This document shows, in pieces, positions 50,780-61,076 of a stretch of 64,000 nucleotides of DNA. How positions within the stretch are numbered: position 1 is the stretch's first letter; the number at the start of each line of letters is the position of its first letter. Origin of the DNA: Alphaproteobacteria bacterium (GTDB lineage: Bacteria > Pseudomonadota > Alphaproteobacteria > Puniceispirillales > Puniceispirillaceae); the NCBI GenBank assembly GCA_018666135.1, contig JABJAN010000011.1:4394-68393 (forward strand). The letters are read 5' to 3'. The translations under genes and the position numbers were made by a program. A model generated the notes under the pieces. It saw only the letters and a list, made by a program, of their open reading frames with translations. It had not been told where the DNA came from and ran no database searches.

Positions 50780-51305
50780 GCTCGTTGAATTTGATAGCCA
50801 GAACGTTCGACCAACTGGTCAAAGAGTAAGAGAAGCTATTTTTAATCTACTTGGTGGTGGGCGGTTCACACCATTAGTCACTGGAGCAACTATCCTTGAT
50901 TTATTTGCAGGAACAGGGGCACTTGGTCTGGAAGCCCTTTCACGTGGCGCAACAGAAGCCTATTTTGTTGAACGTAACCCTAAGGCACTCGATACCTTGC
51001 GGGCAAATATTCGAAAATTAGATTTTCTTGATACAGCAACAGTTCTAGCTGGCTCTGTTGAGAATATTACTAGATGGGCGTATCCCCCTGCTGATATCGT
51101 ATTTTGTGATGCACCTTATATTGATAACATCACCTCCCAAACATTACAAAATATTGCACGGACAGGGGCAATTAAAAAAGGGGGGCTGATTGTTGCTGAA
51201 ATGCCAAATACAGAAAAACTAAATCTAATAGATGAGTTTCAATTTGTTGATAAACGCAAATACGGCATCACGACAATACATCTGTTCAATTGGCAACCAG
51301 ATTAA
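50745..51305 (+). CDS. rsmD: 16S rRNA (guanine966-N2)-methyltransferase
   Basis: MQIIGG..RG..L.....VRPTGQRVREAIFNLL, FAGTGALGLEALSRGA and DAPY motifs. The start at 50745 overlaps the rluB tail by 35 nt. Confidence 0.85.
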   Translation: MQIIGGVKRGAKLVEFDSQNVRPTGQRVREAIFNLLGGGRFTPLVTGATILDLFAGTGALGLEALSRGATEAYFVERNPKALDTLRANIRKLDFLDTATVLAGSVENITRWAYPPADIVFCDAPYIDNITSQTLQNIARTGAIKKGGLIVAEMPNTEKLNLIDEFQFVDKRKYGITTIHLFNWQPD

Positions 51306-53131
51306 CGTCTGCCAAAAAGATGTTCAATGTCTGCCAGTGACAAGCTGATATAAGTTGGTCTTCCATGGTTGCATTGACCTGAATTTGGTGTTTTTTCCAT
51401 GTCACGTAATAAATGATTCATCTCAGCAACAGATAAAACCCGTCCTGAACGCACAGAACCATGACATGATATAGTGGCAAGAACATGAGAAATTTTATCC
51501 TCAAGACTAGTTGAGCCAGATAAATTCACCAACTCCTCAGCAATATCTTTTACAAGTTCCTGGGCATTCACCTCCCCTAAAAGAGCTGGGGTTTCTCTAA
51601 CAATAACAGCATCTTCTCCAAATGATTCAACAATAAGACCAAGCTTATTCAGAGAATCAAACTGCTGTTTAAATGCTTCTAATTGTTCTGGAATTAAAGA
51701 CACGATTTCTGGCAGTAATAATAGCTGGGTTTTAATATCATTAAGCGCTAAATCTGATTTCATTTTCTCCATCACAAGCCGCTCATGTGCTGCATGTTGG
51801 TCAATTATCACAATACCTGTGCTGGTTTCGGATATTATATAGTTTTTATGATATTGCGCCCTTGCTGCACCTAGCGGATTTTGTATTAATGTTTGCTGTG
51901 CTTGCGTATCCACATCATAATTTTGAGTTTTAGCAAGTGGCGGCGAGCCTTGGAATATATCATCTGAAGGCAGATAATCTGCATTAGGGGATTGCAATTG
52001 CAAGGCATTTTCTTGCTCAGTTACATTTGCTTGGTAATTAGAAAAACCACCGCTTCTGGATAGATTTCGATGTGTAGAATTAGAGGATAAGCGGTACAAT
52101 GCGTTTTGCGCACCTTCTGCTGTTGATTGAAATCCGTGCTCTCTTAACGCTGAATGGATGGCGCCTACTATCAGACTTCTAATTGCCCCAGAATCAGAAA
52201 AACGAACTTCATTTTTTGCTGGATGCACATTTACATCTACTGATTCCAGAGGTACCGAAATAAATAGAACGACAATTGGGTATCTTCCTCTTGGAAGAGT
52301 ATCTGAATAAGCTGCCCGGACTGCGCCAATTATTTGTTTATCTTTAACTGGTCTCTGATTTACAAAAAGATTCATATATTGTGTTGTTGGTCTGTTCATA
52401 GTTGGCAGACCTATCAGCCCTGTTAGCCCATTTGCCTCTTTTTGTGCATCTAATAATATGGCTTCCTTGGCAAATACATGACCCATTACATCTGAAAGCC
52501 TATCACGAATAGCAGATGCATCATTGGTTCTACTTGGTAAATTCAATAAAGTTTTACCAGACTCACTATATTTAAATGATACATGCGGGCTTGCCATAGC
52601 AAGTTGCTTTACGACTTCTAGGCACTGACCTGCCTCAGTCCGCTGAGTTTTTAAAAATTTACGTCTGGCAGGAATTTTATCAAATAGGTGATTAACTGAA
52701 ACAGTTGTTCCAACGGCATGAGCAACAGGTTCTGGTGGATATATATCACCATGTGCTATTCTAATTTTCCAGCCATGTTCCATAGTCTCATTACAAGATG
52801 AAATTTCTAGGTCAGATACTGCGCCAATAGAAGGAAGTGCCTCCCCTCTGAACCCAAAACTATTTATCTGAAATAAATCTGCATCTGATAATTTAGAGGT
52901 AGCATGACGTTTTACGGCTAGCCCTAACTCGTCTGCATTCATGCCGCACCCATTATCAGTTACATTAATGCCAGTAAGACCACCATCAGTTAGGGTTATA
53001 ATAACTTGGGTTGCCCCTGCATCCAGGGCATTTTCAACTAATTCTTTTAGCGCACTTGCTGGTCGCTCTATCACTTCGCCAGCAGCAATTTGGTCTATAA
53101 GGTGATCGGGAAGTAATCGTATCTGGTTCAT
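51302..53131 (-). CDS. mutL: DNA mismatch repair protein MutL
   Basis: GHKL ATPase N-terminus (AAGEVIERPASALKELVENALDAG) and the C-terminal CNHGRPT motif. Confidence 0.95.
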   Translation of the reverse strand: MNQIRLLPDHLIDQIAAGEVIERPASALKELVENALDAGATQVIITLTDGGLTGINVTDNGCGMNADELGLAVKRHATSKLSDADLFQINSFGFRGEALPSIGAVSDLEISSCNETMEHGWKIRIAHGDIYPPEPVAHAVGTTVSVNHLFDKIPARRKFLKTQRTEAGQCLEVVKQLAMASPHVSFKYSESGKTLLNLPSRTNDASAIRDRLSDVMGHVFAKEAILLDAQKEANGLTGLIGLPTMNRPTTQYMNLFVNQRPVKDKQIIGAVRAAYSDTLPRGRYPIVVLFISVPLESVDVNVHPAKNEVRFSDSGAIRSLIVGAIHSALREHGFQSTAEGAQNALYRLSSNSTHRNLSRSGGFSNYQANVTEQENALQLQSPNADYLPSDDIFQGSPPLAKTQNYDVDTQAQQTLIQNPLGAARAQYHKNYIISETSTGIVIIDQHAAHERLVMEKMKSDLALNDIKTQLLLLPEIVSLIPEQLEAFKQQFDSLNKLGLIVESFGEDAVIVRETPALLGEVNAQELVKDIAEELVNLSGSTSLEDKISHVLATISCHGSVRSGRVLSVAEMNHLLRDMEKTPNSGQCNHGRPTYISLSLADIEHLFGRR

Positions 53132-53169
53132 CTATTCTTTCAATCCAGCTATTTTGTTATACAATACCC

Positions 53170-53694
53170 TTACTCAACTTTAATTTCATCTCCATAAACG
53201 CCATCTATCGCTGGAGTTGCTCCTTCATTTAATGCTTTCTGCTGCGATAAATTAATACGTATGCGTTGGTCTTCAGCCATCTGATCTAGAATAGGACCAA
53301 CATCTGGAAGACCTCCGAAAATAACATTCATAGGCAATCTGCGCTCAAAAATGATGCCTGTTGTTTCTTGGTCTATTTTAGTACGAATGTCTGGTTCTAT
53401 CGCAGCTAGTTCAAAAAATTCCTCATATCCTGATGCGGCTGTAGCGCGTCTTTCAAATAATTTATTCATTACATTTTTTGAAGATTTTTCATCTACGCTA
53501 AGTTCACTGGTTTGTGAATCAGGTCTTTGTGTGAATTCAGGCGGAAGAGATAATGGTGGACGAACAACAACTTGAAATTCGTCTGGCGTTGATCTCTCAC
53601 TACCAATTGAGCGACGATAATCAGAACAAGCAGTTGCCGCAAAAAGAAGTGTTAGGCTCATTATCACTGATAAAAAGCGAATTTTTTGCATCAT
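53170..53694 (-). CDS. DUF3035-like lipoprotein
   Basis: Lipobox LLFAATA|C and the motif TPDEFQVVVRPPLSLPPEF, which I associate with DUF3035. It overlaps lspA by 4 nt. Confidence 0.6.
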   Translation of the reverse strand: MMQKIRFLSVIMSLTLLFAATACSDYRRSIGSERSTPDEFQVVVRPPLSLPPEFTQRPDSQTSELSVDEKSSKNVMNKLFERRATAASGYEEFFELAAIEPDIRTKIDQETTGIIFERRLPMNVIFGGLPDVGPILDQMAEDQRIRINLSQQKALNEGATPAIDGVYGDEIKVE

Positions 53695-54182
53695 TCTTCT
53701 CCCAAATTAGACGATGTCGACATAATGACATATATCCATATAATAACGCCAGAACATATCGCAACATCTGCTAGATTAAATGCAGGCCAATGATATCCAG
53801 CTACATGAAAATCCAGAAAATCCACGACACGTCCATATATTAATCTATCAATAACATTGCCAATAGCGCCGCCGGCAATTATGGCTGAACCAATCTGTTG
53901 CATGCGGTTTTGAACTTGAAGCTGGCTAATCAAATAAAGAACAACACATAAGGCTAGAACAGGAATAATGAGCCTAATTATTTCTGGCTGTGATGCCATA
54001 AAGCCAAAACTCACGCCATTATTCCAAACAGGCGTAAGGTTAAAAAATCCTGTAATTATGATTTGTTGGGGCACGTCAAATAGAAGCGAAAGCATCCATT
54101 TCTTCGAAATATAATCAAGCAATATAACAGTGAATGAAATAATGAAAAATCGTACATAAATAATATGTTTTTGAGTCTTCAT
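53691..54182 (-). CDS. lspA: Lipoprotein signal peptidase (signal peptidase II)
   Basis: 4 TM helices with NNGVSFG, GGAIGNVIDR and FNLADVAI motifs. Confidence 0.93.
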   Translation of the reverse strand: MKTQKHIIYVRFFIISFTVILLDYISKKWMLSLLFDVPQQIIITGFFNLTPVWNNGVSFGFMASQPEIIRLIIPVLALCVVLYLISQLQVQNRMQQIGSAIIAGGAIGNVIDRLIYGRVVDFLDFHVAGYHWPAFNLADVAICSGVIIWIYVIMSTSSNLGEE

Positions 54183-54244
54183 TTATCTACATACCCTTAA
54201 ATTATATACCCCAATTGCAGATAATATTCTGCAATTACCTAATC

Positions 54245-57028
54245 CTATGCATTAACCACTTCTGAACATCTATGACAAATATCATTATTTGTTACCACTT
54301 CAGGTAGAATTTTCCAACATCTTGCGCATTTATCCCCATTTGCCAGTGCAATTTCTGTCTGAAATTGGGCAGCATTTCTATCCATTATTTGGACATCTGA
54401 TGTAATAAACAGAGAGGCAAGATCAATATCTTCTAGCAATTTTGTTTCTACTTCAGTCAAATGTAACTTTACTGAAGCCTGCAGACTACCTCCAATTTTG
54501 GCATCAGACCTTGCCGTTTCAAGGGCTGTTGTTACCTGCGATCTGAGATCCCGAACCTTACTCCATTTTTCAATTAAGGCTGAGTTCTGCCATTCGTCTG
54601 GCATTTTATTAAATTCGTGAAGGTGGATAGAATCCTGTGGGTTTTGTGTATAAGCAAGCCAGGCTTCATCTGCTGTAAAACAGCATATTGGCGCAATCCA
54701 TGCAACCAAGCTGTTAAAACACCTATCCATTATAGTCAATGCAGCTCTTCTAGATGTGGTATTAATCGCATCACAATACAGCATATCTTTGCGAATATCA
54801 AAATAGAATGCTGATAAATCGCTATTACAAAAATCATGAAGTTCTGTGAAAACTGCATGGAAATCATAATTATTAATTTTTTCTTTTATTATTTTATCTA
54901 GCTCAAAAAGACGTGCTGCCACCCATTTTTCAATTTCTGGCATATCCTCAAAAGCGACTGGCTGCAATTTATCAAAGCCATTTAAGGATCCTAATAAATA
55001 GCGCAGTGTATTTCTTATCCTGCGATAATGGTCTGACTGTCGCTTCAGAATTTCTTGTCCTATACGCAAATCATCATAATAATCAGAGCTTACCACCCAA
55101 AGGCGCAATATATCTGCCCCACTTTGCTGAATGATTTTTTGAGGTTGAATAACATTACCAAGCGATTTAGACATTTTGCGACCCTGCTCGTCCAACACAA
55201 AACCATGTGTCAATACACCCTTATAAGGTGCTGCAGAACGAGTGCCACATGATTCTAACAAAGATGAATGAAACCAGCCACGATGCTGATCAGAACCTTC
55301 TAAATATAAATCTGCTGGCGCGTGTAAATCTTCTCGCTGTTCTAAAACAAATGCATGAGTGGAACCAGAATCAAACCAAACATCTGCGATGTCATTTACT
55401 TTCTCATAGGCATCTGGGTCATAATCATCCCCTAAAAAACGTGAAGCAGGCGATGTAAACCAAGCATCACAGCCTTCTTCTTTAAAAATTTCAACAATAC
55501 GATCTACAACAGATTGGTCTTGTAAGGCTTTGCCAGATTTCTTCTCGACAAATACAGGAATAGGCACACCCCAAGCACGTTGCCTGCTTAGGCACCAATC
55601 TGGTCTGTTTTCAATCATAGATGTAAGACGTTTTTGTCCAGCTGGCGGATAAAATGATGTTGTGGTCAAGGATGCAAGAGCATAATCACGCAGCCCGTGA
55701 CTTTCCATTGAAATAAACCATTGAGCAGTATTTCGGTAAATAACAGGGGCATGTGAGCGCCAACTATGAGGATAGGAATGTGTTAATTTTCCAATCCCTA
55801 TGAGGGCATTATGCTCTATCATAATTTCTGCAATTTTCTGATTATCACGCAATACATGCAACCCAGAAAATACTGGTAAATGATCCATCAAAATGCCACT
55901 TTCATTCACCGTATCAGGTACTTCTATGCCATGCTGTAGATGTGCAAGTTCATAATCTTCTGGTCCATGACCAGGTGCAATATGCACAAACCCTGTTCCC
56001 TGCTCTGTTGTCACATGACTGCCAGCAAGAAGAGGAACAGCATAATCATACCCTGCATGAACCATTGGATGACTTGCAACTGACCCCTTTAAATCATGCC
56101 CTTTTACTTTTTGGATTATGTCATATTCGATGATGCCACATTGCGAACAGGTATTTTCAAGCAAGGCTTCGCCAACAAGTATTATCTCCCCTTCAACAGC
56201 AATTGAATTCTCCGAAACTGAGGTGATTTTTGCAGCAACATAATCAATCTCATCTCCATAAGCTAAGGCGCGGTTACCAGGCATTGTCCATGGCGTAGTT
56301 GTCCAAATGACAACAAAATTTCCAACCAGCTCTTCTATCGGACATTCTAATAGCGCAAATTTTGCAAAAATAGTGGTTGATGTATGGTCACTATATTCAA
56401 CCTCAGCTTCAGCAAGCGCCGTTTTTTCTACAGGCGACCACATAACAGGTTTTGAGCCCCTATACAAAGAACCCTGCATCAAGAATTTACCAATCTCTGA
56501 CGCAATTATTGACTCAGATTCGAATTTCATGGTGAAATAGGGATTTTGCCAATCTCCTAATACACCTAATCGTTGAAACTCTTCTGATTGAATACCCATC
56601 CAATAAGCCGCAAAATCACGGCATTCTTGACGAAATTCCTGAATTGGAACCTCATCCTTATCTTTTCCTTTTTTCCGATATTGCTCTTCTATTTTCCATT
56701 CAATTGGCAGACCATGACAATCCCAGCCAGGTACATAATTGGCATCCTTGCCCAACATAGACTGAGACCTATTAATGACATCTTTAAGAATTTTATTTAA
56801 TGCATGACCAATATGCAAATTTCCGTTTGCATATGGTGGCCCGTCATGAAGAATAAATTTCTCTCTGCCTTTTCTTGCTTCACGTAATTTTTTATATAAA
56901 TCGAGTTCTTTCCAGCGCTCCATGATTTCTGGCTCTTTTTGAGGCAACCCGCCACGCATTGGAAAAGACGTGTTTGGCAGGAAAACTGTATCTTTATAAT
57001 TTTTAGGTGTTTGTTGATTATCTGACAT
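54245..57028 (-). CDS. ileS: Isoleucine-tRNA ligase
   Basis: 927 aa with HIGH (NLHIGHALNK), KMSKS and the C-terminal zinc finger CARCW...CHRC. Confidence 0.97.
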   Translation of the reverse strand: MSDNQQTPKNYKDTVFLPNTSFPMRGGLPQKEPEIMERWKELDLYKKLREARKGREKFILHDGPPYANGNLHIGHALNKILKDVINRSQSMLGKDANYVPGWDCHGLPIEWKIEEQYRKKGKDKDEVPIQEFRQECRDFAAYWMGIQSEEFQRLGVLGDWQNPYFTMKFESESIIASEIGKFLMQGSLYRGSKPVMWSPVEKTALAEAEVEYSDHTSTTIFAKFALLECPIEELVGNFVVIWTTTPWTMPGNRALAYGDEIDYVAAKITSVSENSIAVEGEIILVGEALLENTCSQCGIIEYDIIQKVKGHDLKGSVASHPMVHAGYDYAVPLLAGSHVTTEQGTGFVHIAPGHGPEDYELAHLQHGIEVPDTVNESGILMDHLPVFSGLHVLRDNQKIAEIMIEHNALIGIGKLTHSYPHSWRSHAPVIYRNTAQWFISMESHGLRDYALASLTTTSFYPPAGQKRLTSMIENRPDWCLSRQRAWGVPIPVFVEKKSGKALQDQSVVDRIVEIFKEEGCDAWFTSPASRFLGDDYDPDAYEKVNDIADVWFDSGSTHAFVLEQREDLHAPADLYLEGSDQHRGWFHSSLLESCGTRSAAPYKGVLTHGFVLDEQGRKMSKSLGNVIQPQKIIQQSGADILRLWVVSSDYYDDLRIGQEILKRQSDHYRRIRNTLRYLLGSLNGFDKLQPVAFEDMPEIEKWVAARLFELDKIIKEKINNYDFHAVFTELHDFCNSDLSAFYFDIRKDMLYCDAINTTSRRAALTIMDRCFNSLVAWIAPICCFTADEAWLAYTQNPQDSIHLHEFNKMPDEWQNSALIEKWSKVRDLRSQVTTALETARSDAKIGGSLQASVKLHLTEVETKLLEDIDLASLFITSDVQIMDRNAAQFQTEIALANGDKCARCWKILPEVVTNNDICHRCSEVVNA

Positions 57029-58052
57029 CAGAATTTCTCATGGTTTGAATTTGATTATTGTCGTTATTTTCATGTACTAGCAAAGCTCTTGCAGCTGTCG
57101 CATCTTTTTCTATCTGCACTTTCAATGCATCTATAGAATCGAATTTCTTCTCACCACGTAGATAATGATGCAGATTAACGCGCAATCTTGCACCATAAAT
57201 ATCTTCATTAAAATCAAATAGATGAATTTCAGCCATTACCTTTCGGTCACCAATCGTTGGTCTAATACCAATATTTGCAACACCCATTAGCATTGGCAGT
57301 TCCTCTCCATCCAATATTTCACTGTGATCTTGTGAGAATTGGCGTTGCGTTTCAACTATTGCCGTAATTGCATATACTCCATAAGCAGGTACCTGATAAT
57401 CTTGTAGATTAAAATTAGCTGTCGGAAAATTTAGCTGGCGACCACGCTTATCTCCATGTTCTATTATACCACAAATTGTTGGAGGTCTTCCTAGCATTTC
57501 TATTGCTTCATCTATATGTCCTGCCTGCAGTGCAGCACGTACCCTGCTGGAAGACACAATTGCAGATTTATCATCAACTTCTAACGATATACTAGTAATC
57601 TTAATGTTATTTTGATTTCCAAGTTTGGATAATAATGTCATATCCCCTGCTCTGGCGCGCCCAAAAGCAAAATCTTTTCCAGCCAAAAGATGAGAAATAC
57701 CTAATGGAGACAACACCTTTGTTACAAATTCATCAGGTGATAATTCACGAAGCGCATCATTGAAGCTGACATGAATAATTTTTTCCACCCCATACAAGGA
57801 TAAAATACGATTTTTTTCTGCTAAATCAGACAACAGAAAACTAGGTTCATTCTTTCTGAAAAAACGCCTTGGATGCGGATTGAAGGTAATAACACTAGTT
57901 GCAGTGCTGTCTTTTTTGGCAAATGATTTTGCAGTTGAAATAAGTTTTTGATGCCCAAGATGGACACCATCAAAATTTCCAATTACTGCCGTTAAAGGCC
58001 CTTCATTAAGAGGGGCATCGCCAATAGACCAATAAACAATTTTAGTTGCCAT
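57018..58052 (-). CDS. ribF: Bifunctional riboflavin kinase / FAD synthetase
   Basis: GNFDGVHLGHQ, the C-terminal kinase domain (PTANF.., GVANIG.RPT), and the ribF-ileS-lspA synteny. Confidence 0.93.
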   Translation of the reverse strand: MATKIVYWSIGDAPLNEGPLTAVIGNFDGVHLGHQKLISTAKSFAKKDSTATSVITFNPHPRRFFRKNEPSFLLSDLAEKNRILSLYGVEKIIHVSFNDALRELSPDEFVTKVLSPLGISHLLAGKDFAFGRARAGDMTLLSKLGNQNNIKITSISLEVDDKSAIVSSSRVRAALQAGHIDEAIEMLGRPPTICGIIEHGDKRGRQLNFPTANFNLQDYQVPAYGVYAITAIVETQRQFSQDHSEILDGEELPMLMGVANIGIRPTIGDRKVMAEIHLFDFNEDIYGARLRVNLHHYLRGEKKFDSIDALKVQIEKDATAARALLVHENNDNNQIQTMRNSDVR

Positions 58053-58257
58053 AATTTTCCTATACAGATTTGGCGAGAATATAACGCTTTTTTATACCTA
58101 AATTCAATTGAAAGGAACAACAATTCCAGACTATTATCAAACTAATAAATCCGCTATCATTTATAAGATAATGAGGTAATTTATTAGCGGTGAAAATTTT
58201 TATCCTAAATTTACTATGCTGATTATATAAATAGCACATTTAAAAGGAATTACAGAT

Positions 58258-59091
58258 TTGGATTTTTCTATGGAAGGCATTTCACTATCTCAGATTCTAT
58301 CAAAACCTGAACTTACAATGTTTGTTACCTATTTTTCTGGTTTTTTTGCTGGTATAGGCACCTTAATTATAGGGTTTTGGCTATCAGGAAGAGCAGAGCG
58401 TGCGGTAAGACATATGCTGGATAGCATTCCCCGCCTTAGCCCAATGCTAATTCCTATTTGCAGCAGTGTTACTAGATATGCTGGCATAATAATCACCTTA
58501 GTAGTTTCACTTGGTCAGTTTGGCATTCAAACAACTTCAATTATTGCCGTTCTTGGTGCTGCGGGGCTTGCAATTGGCTTGGCATTGCAAGGAACATTGT
58601 CTAACGTGGCTGCTGGTGTGATGTTATTAATCCTTAGACCATTTGAAACAGGTGATTGGATTGAGGTTGCTGGTTCTTCTGGAGTGGTAAAAGAGGTTGG
58701 GCTATTTACCACTTCAATAGATACATTTGATAATATTTTTATATCAATGCCAAACTCAACGATTTGGTCATCTACTATTATCAACCATTCAAGACACACA
58801 CAACGCAGGTTAGATATAGAAATTGGCGTGAGCTATAATAGTGACCTTGATAACGTTGAAAAAACCATGCTAAGCCTTACAGACGACCCTCGCATTCATC
58901 AAAATCCAGAGCCACAATTCCATGTGCTTTCTTATGCTGATAGCTCTATTTTGGTGCGTTTACGAGTGTATGTCGATTATGACGATATGTATGCCCTAAA
59001 TTGGGACTTGAATAAACGTATCAAAAAGCTTTTCGACTCCCATAATATTGAAATCCCATTTGCTCAACTGGTGCTCCATAATGCAGATTAA
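58258..59091 (+). CDS. Small-conductance mechanosensitive channel (MscS family)
   Basis: 3 TM helices with a pore helix GAAGLAIGLALQGTLSN, followed by a beta-domain. The start codon is TTG. Confidence 0.85.
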   Translation: MDFSMEGISLSQILSKPELTMFVTYFSGFFAGIGTLIIGFWLSGRAERAVRHMLDSIPRLSPMLIPICSSVTRYAGIIITLVVSLGQFGIQTTSIIAVLGAAGLAIGLALQGTLSNVAAGVMLLILRPFETGDWIEVAGSSGVVKEVGLFTTSIDTFDNIFISMPNSTIWSSTIINHSRHTQRRLDIEIGVSYNSDLDNVEKTMLSLTDDPRIHQNPEPQFHVLSYADSSILVRLRVYVDYDDMYALNWDLNKRIKKLFDSHNIEIPFAQLVLHNAD

Positions 59092-59118
59092 TTAAGAAAG
59101 GTTTTTTATTATATTATC

Positions 59119-59820
59119 ATGTCATCTAATCATCCTAAAAAACCTGTAAAAATTAATAGAGAGAATCTTTCTGCTGGTATTTTGCAAACGCTGGCAGCTG
59201 AAAGAGCTACTCAGCCTGTCAAATTACTAAGCGAACAAGAACTAAAAGAGTCACGTCGTCTTTATGTTTCTGACACATATTCAGGAGATGATATATGGAT
59301 TTTCGGGTATGGAAGTCTTATATGGAATCCCTCTTTCAATTTTAATGCACGTAAGCAAGCTCATTTATTTGGCTATCATCGACGCTTTTGCCTTCGTACA
59401 ACTATTACGAGGGGAAGCCCAGAAAAGCCTGGACTTGTTCTAGGGTTAGATCGCGGTGGATCTGCAAGAGGCATCATTTTTCGAATGCCAGCTTCTATTG
59501 CTGCTAGCGAGTGTGATGTTATATGGAAACGAGAAATGCTAAACGGTGCTTATACCCCTAGCTGGGTTAAGGTCAGAGCAGACGATGGTACCCAAAAAAA
59601 AGCACTTACATTTGTTATTAGACGTGAACATCCCAGTTTTGCAGCGCCGCTACCTGATAATCAATCCAGTAAAATTATTGCGGAAGCCTCTGGTATTATA
59701 GGTGCTAATTCTGAATATTTATATAATACAGAAGCTGCCTTAGCAGCTGAAGGCATTCACGATAGCACACTTAAAAGATTAGTAAAATTGGTTACTATGC
59801 ATAATCAGGGGCAGACCTAG
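59119..59820 (+). CDS. chaC: ChaC-family gamma-glutamylcyclotransferase (glutathione-specific)
   Basis: IWIFGYGSLIWNP motif and the ChaC core (LVLGLDRGGSARG..). Confidence 0.85.
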   Translation: MSSNHPKKPVKINRENLSAGILQTLAAERATQPVKLLSEQELKESRRLYVSDTYSGDDIWIFGYGSLIWNPSFNFNARKQAHLFGYHRRFCLRTTITRGSPEKPGLVLGLDRGGSARGIIFRMPASIAASECDVIWKREMLNGAYTPSWVKVRADDGTQKKALTFVIRREHPSFAAPLPDNQSSKIIAEASGIIGANSEYLYNTEAALAAEGIHDSTLKRLVKLVTMHNQGQT

Positions 59821-59821
59821 C

Positions 59822-60655
59822 CTAACTTGGCCAGGCACCACCTAATGCGCGTGTTAATTCTTTTGCTGTTCGCAATGTAACTCTGCCAAAATTAGGGAGT
59901 TTCTGCTCTTCTATTCGAACCGAGGGACCACTAACTGAAAGAGCGCCGATTACGTTAGATGCTTCATCAAAAATCGGTGAGGCAATACACCTTAGCCCAT
60001 CTGAATTTTCTTCTTCATCTACAGCAAAACCAAGCTGCTTTGCTTTTCCAATCTCACGCAAAAATACACTCTCATCCATGATGCTTTTACGCGTAAATTG
60101 GGTAAATCCACTCTGGCTTATGATTTGATTTGCAATGGTTGGCTTTAAATGAGCAAGGCAAATTTTTCCAACAGCTGAACAGGTCCAAGGCGCCTTAGCT
60201 CCTGGTTTTGATAGTGCTCTCATTAATTGAGGACATTCAACCTGTGAGACATACATGAGCGAGCTACCATTATTATCTAACAATGCAAGATTTGATGTCT
60301 CCCCAGTTTCCTGCATCATCATCCGCAAATATGGGCGTGCCATGTGGCTGATATCACGCGAACGCATATAAGATGAACCCACATTAAACGCTTGAACACC
60401 AACTAACCATCTGCCTTCTTCAAAACGAACAAAGCGATCAAGCTGCAGCGTTGTAAGCAACCTATGTGCAGTGGACGGCGCTAATTTTACCCGTCTTGCA
60501 AGTTCTGACAGATTTAAGCCTTCTGGCTCTTCTGCTAATTTTGATAATAAACTTAAAGCCCGAGATACCGATTGGGTATGTCCGCTTCTTTTTTCTGCAA
60601 ATCCATCTGGCACGATATGTATCCTTACATTATGTACCAGTCCCAAATACAACAT
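59822..60655 (-). CDS. IclR-family transcriptional regulator
   Basis: N-terminal winged HTH (SVSRALSLLSKLAE...LSELARRVKLAPSTAHRLLTTL) and a C-terminal IclR effector domain. Confidence 0.9.
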   Translation of the reverse strand: MLYLGLVHNVRIHIVPDGFAEKRSGHTQSVSRALSLLSKLAEEPEGLNLSELARRVKLAPSTAHRLLTTLQLDRFVRFEEGRWLVGVQAFNVGSSYMRSRDISHMARPYLRMMMQETGETSNLALLDNNGSSLMYVSQVECPQLMRALSKPGAKAPWTCSAVGKICLAHLKPTIANQIISQSGFTQFTRKSIMDESVFLREIGKAKQLGFAVDEEENSDGLRCIASPIFDEASNVIGALSVSGPSVRIEEQKLPNFGRVTLRTAKELTRALGGAWPS

Positions 60656-60924
60656 GGGACCCTTTTAGGTAAAAGGCAAGCGCAAAGATACATTAATTTT
60701 TAATGATTCTAAAGAATAGAAACGCAAAGCTATGCTAACTGCCAAAAATAAGATAATAGCTGATCTTCACTATTATGTTGATTAATAATATAATTAATCA
60801 TTAACAATTCTATTCCCTAAAAATTGTTCTTAGATGCTATGAAATTATCTTTGACCTAAACCAACTTGCTCGCTATGAAGATAGAGATGGGTAAGGTTAT
60901 TTCTTAAATTTAGAGACATATTTT

Positions 60925-61009
60925 GGGGATATGGTGAAATTGGTAAACACGCTGGATTCAAAATCCAGTGCCGCAAGGCTTCTCGGTTCAAGTCCGAGTA
61001 TCCCCACCA
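60925..61009 (+). tRNA. tRNA-Leu (anticodon CAA), CCA encoded
   Basis: Folded by hand. Acceptor stem GGGGATA/TATCCCC, D stem GTG/CAC, anticodon stem CTGGA/TCCAG with loop TTCAAAA. It has a 13-nt variable arm (GCC-GCAA-GGC), T arm CTCGG-TTCAAGT-CCGAG, and discriminator A followed by CCA. Confidence 0.93.
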
Positions 61010-61026
61010 CTGTTAATTCACCATAA

Positions 61027-61062
61027 ATTAAATACCGCTTTTGAGATTAAATACCGCTTTTG
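61027..61062. repeat. 17-nt perfect direct repeat x2 (ATTAAATACCGCTTTTG, 19-nt period) just 3' of tRNA-Leu
   Basis: The copies lie at 61027..61043 and 61046..61062. Confidence 0.9.
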
Positions 61063-61076
61063 GTGCTTGCTGCATT

